DNA from: a virus
Taxonomy: Duplodnaviria; Caudoviricetes
Virus record (IMG/VR): IMGVR_UViG_3300036861_000578
Location: 1 to 52,740 of that record
Direction: 5' to 3' (one strand)
Length of the DNA: 52,740 bases
Part shown: one piece after another, positions 45,551-52,740 of the stretch
How positions within the stretch are numbered: position 1 is the first letter of the stretch
Layout: each line of letters begins with the position of its first letter
Program-made: the position numbers and the translations under genes
The notes under the pieces: model-generated
What the model saw: only the letters and a program-made list of their open reading frames with translations
Told to the model about the DNA's origin: nothing
The model's database searches: none

Positions 45551-46407
45551 CCTGGCTGAAGATCGACGACCACTACGCGACCCACCAGAAGATCATCCGG
45601 GCGGGTCCGGTCGCGATGGCGCTTGACATCGCCGGGATGTGCTATAGCGCCAGCCACGGCACCGACGGATTCGTCCCGGCTGAGGCGCTGCCCGTAGTGG
45701 CACCGCTCCTGTCGAAGGCCAAGGCCGCAGCCTCCGTTGCCAAACTGATCGAGGTCGGCCGGTGGATCAAAGTCGACGATGGCTGGGAGATCCACGATTT
45801 CCTCGTCTACAATCCCTCGGCCGCTGAGCGCGATGAGCGGCTGGCGCTGCATGCGCGCCGCCAAGCCCTGTTCCGCGACAAGGACCTTCGGCAGCTCGTC
45901 CGCGAGCGAGACCATGACCACTGCCGCTACTGCGGCGTCGGGGTCCGGTGGCGTGATCGCAAAGGTCCCCTCGGCGGCACCTACGACCACATCGACCCCA
46001 AAGGCCCCAACTCGCTAGAAAACCTCGTCATCGCCTGCCGCAGCTGCAACTCGAAGAAGAAGGACCGCACCCCCGCCGACGCCGGCATGGATCTACTGCC
46101 GATCTACCTCGGATCTACTGCGGAATCAAACTACGGATCTACTGCGGATCAAGCTCCGGATCTACTCCCGCACGTACGCGCCTCAGATCCCGGCCCGTCC
46201 CCGTCGTCCCGTCCAAAGACGGGACGGGACGACTCCCCCCAGCCCCCCGCTGCCAGCCCGGCCGGCAGTTCGCAAGCGGCCGCCGACCTGGCAGCGGAAC
46301 CCCAAAACAACGGCCAGCCAGCAACAGCTGCGCAGAAGGCGCTGCTCAGGGCTGCGCTGGAACGACGCCGCCAGGACGCCGACGCCGAGGAAGTGAACGA
46401 GCCATGA
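45547..46407 (+). CDS. putative replication initiator with an embedded HNH domain
   Basis: MTWLKIDD...TDGFVP...WEIHDF actinophage Rep-like N-terminus; CRYCG...DHIDP...NLVIACRSCN. Confidence 0.7.
   Translation: MTWLKIDDHYATHQKIIRAGPVAMALDIAGMCYSASHGTDGFVPAEALPVVAPLLSKAKAAASVAKLIEVGRWIKVDDGWEIHDFLVYNPSAAERDERLALHARRQALFRDKDLRQLVRERDHDHCRYCGVGVRWRDRKGPLGGTYDHIDPKGPNSLENLVIACRSCNSKKKDRTPADAGMDLLPIYLGSTAESNYGSTADQAPDLLPHVRASDPGPSPSSRPKTGRDDSPQPPAASPAGSSQAAADLAAEPQNNGQPATAAQKALLRAALERRRQDADAEEVNEP
46089..46166 (+). repeat. iteron-like repeats (candidate replication origin)
   Basis: GATCTAC at 46090, 46101, 46112, 46136 and 46159; CGGATCTACTGCGGA occurs twice. Confidence 0.7.
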
Positions 46408-46622
46408 CGCCTTCTGAGCTGCGCCAACTCTGGCTCACCGCACGCCATCAGCCCGCCGCTCAGGGACACCTAGCACGCGATTTGGCGGCTTGGCCGGACG
46501 CACAAGTCGTCACGTTCCCGACCGAAATCGAACCGGAAGTCGACCAGAAGTCGTCGCGTTCCGTACACGAAGTCGACGCGAGCTGCACCGAAACCGAACC
46601 GGGAACGAGCGGTGATGGCTGA
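46404..46622 (+). CDS. hypothetical protein
   Basis: ATGA overlap. Confidence 0.45.
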   Translation: MTPSELRQLWLTARHQPAAQGHLARDLAAWPDAQVVTFPTEIEPEVDQKSSRSVHEVDASCTETEPGTSGDG

Positions 46623-46695
46623 TGCTTGAGGCGCTGCTGGAGGCCATACAGCTGGTGCTGCTGGTGCTGCTTTACGTCGAGCTGAAGAGGCGCCC

Positions 46696-46926
46696 ATGAC
46701 CCACCTCGACGCCGACCTGGCCCGCGAGGCGGAACTTGACCGGCTGCTGATGGATCGCTGCGCCGCTGCCTGCTGCTGCACGGAGACGGCGACGCTGATG
46801 ACCGAATGGCTTGACCGTGCCCTGCATGGCACGAGTTGGGCCAGGGATGCCTCGACCCGCGAGGTCTGGATGACGCTGCTGGACGAGGCGCGACGCTATA
46901 GCGTGAAAGCAGGCTACCCACGATGA
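46696..46926 (+). CDS. hypothetical protein
   Basis: GAAGAGG RBS. Confidence 0.55.
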   Translation: MTHLDADLAREAELDRLLMDRCAAACCCTETATLMTEWLDRALHGTSWARDASTREVWMTLLDEARRYSVKAGYPR

Positions 46927-47564
46927 CCCAGCTCGACGCCGACCTGACCGCCGAACGGTCGCGGCCTGCGTGGAAGGGGTTGTCACCGCCGTATGCCACG
47001 ATCGTGGCCGACCCGCCATGGCCGCAGCAGGGCGGTGGCCCGCTGGTGCGCGGCGTCGGTGAGCGCTTCCGGCGCCCGGACGAACGGCCCGGCCCGAGCC
47101 TGCTGCTGCCGTACTCGACCATGACCCTTGCGGAGATCGCTGCGCTCCCGGTCGGCGAGCTGGTCGGTCGCCAAGCCCACCTGTACCTGTGGGTCACCAA
47201 CGGGTTCCTCCTGGACACCAAGCCCATCCTGGCTGCGTGGGGGTTCACCTACTCCACCACGCTGGTCTGGGCCAAGGAGCCGATGGGCGGCGGCCTTGGT
47301 GGCGCCTATGGCATCGCCACCGAGTTTGTGGTGTTCGGCTATCGCGGTCGCGTCCGCGCGCGGGCCAGGGTCGGGCGTAACTGGTTCACTTGGAAACGGC
47401 CCTACAGCTACACCGGCAAGCCCATGCACTCTGCTAAGCCACCGGGCCTCCAGGATATGATCGAGCAAGTCTCGCACGGCCCCTACGTGGAGCTGTTTTG
47501 CCGGCAGCCTCGCCTCGGCTGGGACTCGTGGGGCTGGGGCTACGAACAGGCAGCCGCCCAATGA
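46923..47564 (+). CDS. MT-A70-family adenine methyltransferase
   Basis: IVADPPW, LYLWVTN, AWGF, HSAKP and YVELFCR motifs. Confidence 0.9.
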   Translation: MTQLDADLTAERSRPAWKGLSPPYATIVADPPWPQQGGGPLVRGVGERFRRPDERPGPSLLLPYSTMTLAEIAALPVGELVGRQAHLYLWVTNGFLLDTKPILAAWGFTYSTTLVWAKEPMGGGLGGAYGIATEFVVFGYRGRVRARARVGRNWFTWKRPYSYTGKPMHSAKPPGLQDMIEQVSHGPYVELFCRQPRLGWDSWGWGYEQAAAQ

Positions 47565-47916
47565 CAGCCCTGACGGATGACTTGGCCGCCGAACGGTTCG
47601 GCGATGTGGTCCGCGAACTCCAGGCCGCCCTCGACCAGGGCCCGTGGTCGCCGCTGGAGCAGCTGCGCCACCGCGCCGAGCTGCTGGCCGCCATCAAGGA
47701 CGAATCGTGAGGAACGTCATCTGCGACGACTGCCGATGGATGGGTGAACGCCTAACCGAAGGCCGATGGATTGAGCATGGCCCCGGCGGTCGCTACACCG
47801 AAGATGGTTTCCGGCGCGAAGTCATCCGAGCGCGAACCGCCAAACCATGCCCCAAATGTGGCAGTAAGAACATCCGGGTTCTCCGCGATCCGGTGACGGG
47901 CCGGTGGTTTCCATGA
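47561..47916 (+). other. two small genes (47561-47710; 47707-47916 Zn-ribbon)
   Basis: Overlapping starts; CDDC...CPKCGS. Confidence 0.5.
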
Positions 47917-48242
47917 CCACGGCGACCCATCCGGCGACGTTCACCTCGGCGCAGGTGTGCCGCCAGACCGGCCTCAGCTACCGGCAGCTCCACCACTACT
48001 GCCTGCGCGGCTATCTGCGGCCACAGCGGCTCATCAGAAGCAGCGGCAAACTGGTCTTCGATGGTGGCACCGGCCACGATTTCGTCTTCCCGCAGGCCGA
48101 GCTCGATATCGCCCGCATGATGGCCCGCCTGGTCGCCCTCGGCGTCACCGCAGGGTGCGCCGCTGTGGTCGCCCGCGACCCGCAGCAGCGGTGGCGGTGG
48201 CTCGCCGACGTCATGGCCGCATGCAAGGCGATGGACCCATGA
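47913..48242 (+). CDS. MerR-like HTH protein
   Basis: FTSAQVCRQTGLSYRQLHHYCLRGYLRP. Confidence 0.75.
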   Translation: MTTATHPATFTSAQVCRQTGLSYRQLHHYCLRGYLRPQRLIRSSGKLVFDGGTGHDFVFPQAELDIARMMARLVALGVTAGCAAVVARDPQQRWRWLADVMAACKAMDP

Positions 48243-48448
48243 TGCCGGAAATCCTGAGCCGCCGCGTCCCCGGCCACGTCTGGGCGCGGGCTGGCTTCAC
48301 CTTCCACCGCGGCTTCGAGCGCGGCCACTGCTGGCAGTACCACGGGATTATCCGCCGGGACGCCTGGAAACTTGGACCGCTCGGTATCTATCTGCTGCGG
48401 ATGCCCAATCAGGTGGACGAAGAGATTGCAAAGGCACGGATGCCATGA
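48239..48448 (+). CDS. hypothetical protein
   Basis: ATGA overlap. Confidence 0.4.
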   Translation: MMPEILSRRVPGHVWARAGFTFHRGFERGHCWQYHGIIRRDAWKLGPLGIYLLRMPNQVDEEIAKARMP

Positions 48449-48542
48449 CCGCCGTACTCGCCGATAGCCGCAACTACTGCTTGTGCGGTTCGACGTTCCA
48501 CACCCGCAGTGACCTACTCACCGTGACCAGGCTCGGCCGCCG

Positions 48543-49085
48543 ATGAGCGACTGCCCGTTCTGCGACTATGCCGGGCCGAGCCCGGTCCTGGCCGATTATG
48601 GCGGAGCGTTCATCATTGAGCCGCTCAACCCGGTCACCCCCGGCCATCTGCTGGCGGTCACCAAAGGCCACTACGCGGATGCGCTGGAGGCTCCGGACAT
48701 GGCGGCCCGCGTGGTGGTGGCTGCTATCGACTACGCCAACCTGGTCGATGTCGGCGCCTGCAACGTGATCCTCAACAGCGGCGAGATGGCCACGCAGACG
48801 ATCCGGCACCTCCATGCCCACCTTGTCCCGAGGGTGGCTGGTGACGGGCTGCCATTGCCGTGGACCCATCTGCACCCGCACGGCGAAGAGGGCCTGGAGC
48901 TGCTGTCCGCCCGCTTCCACGACATCTACCAGAAGGAAGCCCACCGTCGCGGCGACGTGCGCCATCAGGACGCCTACGAAGATCTCCCGGAGGCGACGAA
49001 AGAGTGGGACCGAGTATTGGCCCGCTGGGTGCTGGAGCATTGGGCTCCCCGGTTCGGTTCGTCCGGGGAGCTGCCGCCGCCATGA
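48543..49085 (+). CDS. HIT-family hydrolase with a C-terminal extension
   Basis: CPFC, PVTPGHLL and QTIRHLHAHLVPR motifs. Confidence 0.88.
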   Translation: MSDCPFCDYAGPSPVLADYGGAFIIEPLNPVTPGHLLAVTKGHYADALEAPDMAARVVVAAIDYANLVDVGACNVILNSGEMATQTIRHLHAHLVPRVAGDGLPLPWTHLHPHGEEGLELLSARFHDIYQKEAHRRGDVRHQDAYEDLPEATKEWDRVLARWVLEHWAPRFGSSGELPPP

Positions 49086-49261
49086 CCCCGACCCGTCTCG
49101 GCTGGCTCCTGCTCGCCCTCGCCGCGGTGCTGGCCGCCTACGCCGCCGACCAGCTCATCGCACGATACGGACCCGTCGGACTCGCTTACGCCGCCGCCGG
49201 CCTCGCCTTCGGCGTGCTGCTGACGTGGGTCGCCAGGCTCATCGAACGGGACCGCCCATGA
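49082..49261 (+). CDS. small two-TM protein
   Basis: ATGA overlap; hydrophobic. Confidence 0.5.
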   Translation: MTPTRLGWLLLALAAVLAAYAADQLIARYGPVGLAYAAAGLAFGVLLTWVARLIERDRP

Positions 49262-49496
49262 GCCCCATGCGAGGCTGGGACAGCATCGGCCGCATGCCTA
49301 AGCATCGGCGTCAGCGCCCAACGCGCCGCCCTGGTCGCCCGCGACCCCCACCAGCGGCGCATATGGCTGAACGAGCTGCTGGAAGCGGTGAGCTCATGAC
49401 CCGCAAGCATCCACTTCATCGAGATAGCCAACTCGGCTGGATGTGCCTTCGTCACGGCGGTTGCTGGCTGGCCCGCATTATTAGGCGGTTGCTACC

Positions 49497-50138
49497 ATGA
49501 GGCGGCCGAGGCTTCTTGACCTCTTCTCTGGTGCCGGTGGCGCGGCGATGGGCTACCACCAGGCCGGATTCGACGTAGTCGGGGTGGACATCGCCGCGCA
49601 GCCGCACTACCCGTTCGAGTTCCACCAGGCCGATGCGCTCACCTTCCCGCTAGATGGGTTCGATGCCATCCACGCCAGCGCCCCCTGCCAGCGATTCACT
49701 GCGTATGGTCGGCGACGGGGCGTTGACCGCAAACGGCATCTAGACCTAATCGGCCTCACCCGAATCCGGCTCCAGGCGACCGGGTTGCCCTACATCCTCG
49801 AGAATGTAGAAGGCGCCCCCCTTCACAACCCAATCCGGCTATGTGGCACCAGCTTCGGTCCCGATCTGCAGCGTCACCGACTGTTCGAGAGCAACACTGC
49901 CTTGGTTGGGCTTCCGTGCGATCACGACCGCAACACCTCGCGTTGGCCGCAGGCCACTAACCGTCAGAACCGGCGCCGGACGATCGAGATCGGTGTCTAC
50001 CGCATCTCACTGCGTGACCAGCGGCGAGCCATGTGCATCGGCTGGATGACCCTCGAGGAACTAAGCCAGGCGATCCCGCCCGCCTACACCCGATTCATCG
50101 GCGAGCAGCTCCTAGAGCACCTGGGAGCCGCCGCATGA
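49497..50138 (+). CDS. C5-cytosine DNA methyltransferase (short form)
   Basis: LDLFSGAGG, ASAPCQ, ENV and QAIPP motifs. Confidence 0.88.
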   Translation: MRRPRLLDLFSGAGGAAMGYHQAGFDVVGVDIAAQPHYPFEFHQADALTFPLDGFDAIHASAPCQRFTAYGRRRGVDRKRHLDLIGLTRIRLQATGLPYILENVEGAPLHNPIRLCGTSFGPDLQRHRLFESNTALVGLPCDHDRNTSRWPQATNRQNRRRTIEIGVYRISLRDQRRAMCIGWMTLEELSQAIPPAYTRFIGEQLLEHLGAAA

Positions 50139-50506
50139 CCCAACTCCCGCAATCCGAGGACGACTGGGCTCTCACGGTCTACCAGTACGCCCGGCTGATG
50201 GGCTGGCTGTGCCACCATGGCCGCCCCGCGCAGAACCGCCGCGGCAAATGGGCAACCCCGATCCAAGGCGACCCCGGCTTCTTCGACTGGGTGTTCCTCC
50301 GTGAGCGCACGCTGTTTGTGGAGCTCAAGCGGGAAGGTGAGGACCTGACCCCCGACCAGGTCCGCTGGTACGACCGCCACCAGCGCGCCGGCAACGAGGT
50401 CTACGTCTGGCGGCCATCCGACTGGCCCCTGGTCCAGGAAGCCCTCAAACGGCGCCCGCCGAAGGTCCGCCGGGCCGGGGACGTGGACGCTGGTGGGCGG
50501 CTATGA
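50135..50506 (+). CDS. VRR-NUC domain nuclease
   Basis: PGFFDWVF...FVELK...Q..W...VWRP. Confidence 0.8.
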   Translation: MTQLPQSEDDWALTVYQYARLMGWLCHHGRPAQNRRGKWATPIQGDPGFFDWVFLRERTLFVELKREGEDLTPDQVRWYDRHQRAGNEVYVWRPSDWPLVQEALKRRPPKVRRAGDVDAGGRL

Positions 50507-50913
50507 CCCGACCCACCCAAGAGGCCCTCGTGCAAGCTCAGCATCAGCTGAGCGTGCTCGCGTGCGACACCGCCACCGAGGACGCCTTCAACGACCTCGC
50601 CGGCATGATCGCCCTCCTGGTCTGGGTCGACCCCGCCCTCGAGCAGGCCCGCCGGGAATCGGCAGCGGGTCCGGGTGTGCAGGTGAACACGATCGGCCGG
50701 CATGGGCTGAACCGGCCAACCGAGGACCGGCTGGCGTGGGGTGCGGAGCACGGCAACGGCCAACGCGGCGGCCCCCTCCAACCCCCCGTGGAACCTAACG
50801 ACCGGGTCTACCAGGATCTGCGGCGTATGCGGGAGGCGTGGCATCGGCAGCTCGGCAGCTGGCGCGACCGGTGGGCTGATGAGGCGAAGAGTAAGGCAGG
50901 ATGGCCGAAGTGA
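50503..50913 (+). CDS. hypothetical protein
   Basis: ATGA overlap. Confidence 0.5.
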   Translation: MTRPTQEALVQAQHQLSVLACDTATEDAFNDLAGMIALLVWVDPALEQARRESAAGPGVQVNTIGRHGLNRPTEDRLAWGAEHGNGQRGGPLQPPVEPNDRVYQDLRRMREAWHRQLGSWRDRWADEAKSKAGWPK

Positions 50914-51085
50914 GCCACATGGCAGGCTCGGTATAGCTCGATAGGTGCGCATCGCGAACACTGCTGGTCGATCCGGTTATTGCGTCGACTTGCATGTGCT
51001 GCTTGAATATACTCAGTGGAGAATGCCCCGGCGCTGAGGGAACAGCCCGGGGCGTGGCCGACCAGATCCTCGAAGGGTGGTCGAC

Positions 51086-51745
51086 ATGGCCGATGCTACG
51101 CTGCCCAAGCGCAACCATCGTCACCGAGCGCAAACCAGCCGAGCAGTCGTCGAGCTGATACCAGCCGATCAAGCGAACAGCTGGCATGTGGCGATCTTCC
51201 GAGACCGGCACCTCAAGTGCAGCCGCAGACCCAAAACGGCCGAGCTGCTGCCGACCCTGCTTGGAGCCATCGATCTTGACGGTGCCGCCTGGGAGCACAA
51301 TTGGCATTGGCCACAGGAGACCAATCCGTACCTTGAGATAGAGCGGATCGGTTCCGTCTACTACATAGAGGCCGAAGGGCTGAACCTCGTCAAGATCGGC
51401 TATAGCATCGAGCCGCTAGTCCGAATGACGGTGCTACAGGAACAAAGCCCGGTCACGCTCCGGCTGCTGTACACCTGCACAGGTGACAGGAAGCTGGAGC
51501 ATGAGCTTCACCGCAGGTTCGCTGAGCACCGCCACCGCGGCGAGTGGTTCCGCATCACGCCTGAGATCATGGCGTTCATGCAGACCGAGATCCAGGACGC
51601 CCAGCAGCTCTATGCTCGACTTGCCCTGCCCTGGGAACCCCGGCATCCGGCACCGATGTCAACAGTCGAGGACTTGGTAGAACGCCAAGCCGACTATGCT
51701 CTGAGCCCTGCCATCAGAAGCGGATCGGTGATGCGGCGGCGATGA
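51086..51745 (+). CDS. GIY-YIG (T5orf172/Mug113-like) domain protein
   Basis: VYYI...VKIGYS...E.ELH..F...GEWF. Confidence 0.82.
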   Translation: MADATLPKRNHRHRAQTSRAVVELIPADQANSWHVAIFRDRHLKCSRRPKTAELLPTLLGAIDLDGAAWEHNWHWPQETNPYLEIERIGSVYYIEAEGLNLVKIGYSIEPLVRMTVLQEQSPVTLRLLYTCTGDRKLEHELHRRFAEHRHRGEWFRITPEIMAFMQTEIQDAQQLYARLALPWEPRHPAPMSTVEDLVERQADYALSPAIRSGSVMRRR

Positions 51746-52056
51746 GCCAGCACAGCCACGACAGCCGGGCCTGGCGCCGCTACGTCGCCTGGGTCAAGAC
51801 CACCGGACCCACCTGCTGGATCTGCGCGCATCCCGGCAGCGACCAGGGCGACCACGCCCTTCCCGTCAGCCTGTTCCCCGACTTGGCCGCCGATCCTGCG
51901 AACTGGCGTCCCGTGCATGGAGTGAACGGCTGCCCGCACTGCCCGCCCAACACCAGCAGGGACAAGCGCCGCAACGGCCAACCCCAACGGTGCAACCAAG
52001 CCAAGGGGGCTAAGCTGGAACTGCCCCGACCACCAGTCACGTCTAGGAGATGGTGA
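51742..52056 (+). CDS. HNH endonuclease, probably packaging-associated
   Basis: CWIC...DH..P...N...H...CN..KG; position at the genome end. Confidence 0.78.
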   Translation: MSQHSHDSRAWRRYVAWVKTTGPTCWICAHPGSDQGDHALPVSLFPDLAADPANWRPVHGVNGCPHCPPNTSRDKRRNGQPQRCNQAKGAKLELPRPPVTSRRW

Positions 52057-52070
52057 GGAGAAGGCGAACT

Positions 52071-52277
52071 GTGAACTTCGTCTACTCCCCCGACGCAGAC
52101 GCGCTCTACATCGAGCTCAAGGCCGAGCGGGTCGGGAAGGTCGCGCGCACAGTCGAGGTCTCGCCGAGCTGCCTGGTCGACCTGGACGGTGAGGGTCGGC
52201 CGCTCGGAGTCGAGCTGCTCAATGTGTTGAGTTTGGGCGTTAGGTATTCAACCGTACGACACAAGGAGACACCATGA
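52071..52277 (+). CDS. DUF2283-like protein
   Basis: YSPDADALYIEL...VDLDGEGRPLGVEL. Confidence 0.75.
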   Translation: MNFVYSPDADALYIELKAERVGKVARTVEVSPSCLVDLDGEGRPLGVELLNVLSLGVRYSTVRHKETP

Positions 52278-52674
52278 CCAAAGCCCGCATCGCCGTCGTT
52301 GGCATCGCCCTGTTCGCCATGTCCATCATCAGCATCGCCGCCGCCCTCGCCGACGCGCAGCCTCCGACCAATGGCGGAAATGGAGCGGGACAAAGCGGTC
52401 AGTGCACCGGCAACCCCGACTCGCGTCCTGCCTCCTGCGGTCCGTGATCCGCTGATGCTCGCACTCATCGCTGCTGCTCTCCTGCTCCTCGCCGCGTTCG
52501 GCGTCGACTTCGGCAAGGTCGACCTGCTCCTGCTCGGCCTCGCGTTCTGGGCTGCGCACTTCGCCGTCGGTATCGCGCTGCCGTGGCCACGACGAGGCTG
52601 ACCCCATGAGCCTCGTTACCATCCTGGTCATCGTCCTCGTCGTCATCCTCATCATCTGGGTCGTACGGCGCTGA
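52274..52674 (+). other. three tiny envelope-targeted ORFs (52274-52447 secreted, 52455-52601 two TM, 52606-52674 one TM)
   Basis: Translated by hand; AAGGAG and GAGG RBS; hydrophobic. Confidence 0.5.
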
Positions 52675-52740
52675 CCAGCAACGATAGGGTGAGGGGTAGG
52701 GGGGAGGGGTCGGCACGGGTGTCGAGAGGCGGCTGCCGAC

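Noticed and set aside
1-52740. Terminal repeats, cos site or attP
   Set aside because: No repeat between the two ends and no att core could be identified by eye; completeness is inferred only from gene order

Overview
This is a GC-rich (roughly 68-70% by eye), probably near-complete temperate actinobacterial siphovirus genome. It runs from the small terminase to a terminal packaging-type HNH gene. The left arm (+ strand) carries an HK97-type head, a virion-glycosylation cluster (three glycosyltransferases, GDP-mannose 4,6-dehydratase and an NDP-sugar C-methyltransferase), Ser/Thr-rich accessory virion proteins, tail genes and a lysis module. The centre (- strand) holds an array of small genes joined by a 29-bp direct repeat, a tyrosine recombinase with a hydrophobic N-terminal extension, and a cI/cro-like switch. 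The right arm (+ strand) encodes replication, two DNA methyltransferases and many small genes. The main finding is a TIGR-Tas-like RNA-guided system at 43665-45550. It consists of a nuclease-less Nop/IS110-domain protein (TasA-like, with a Zn-finger insertion) and 13 stem-enclosed dual-spacer guide units (CCA-9 nt-CGNNNNCCA-9 nt-CG). The units form four sub-arrays that lie in frame inside the Tas gene and its upstream neighbour. Other notable items are a tRNA-like RNA among the tail genes, a structured intergenic RNA candidate next to an HNH gene, and homing-endonuclease footprints (a duplicated endolysin start and recoded gene ends). All assignments come from reading motifs by eye; no searches were run.
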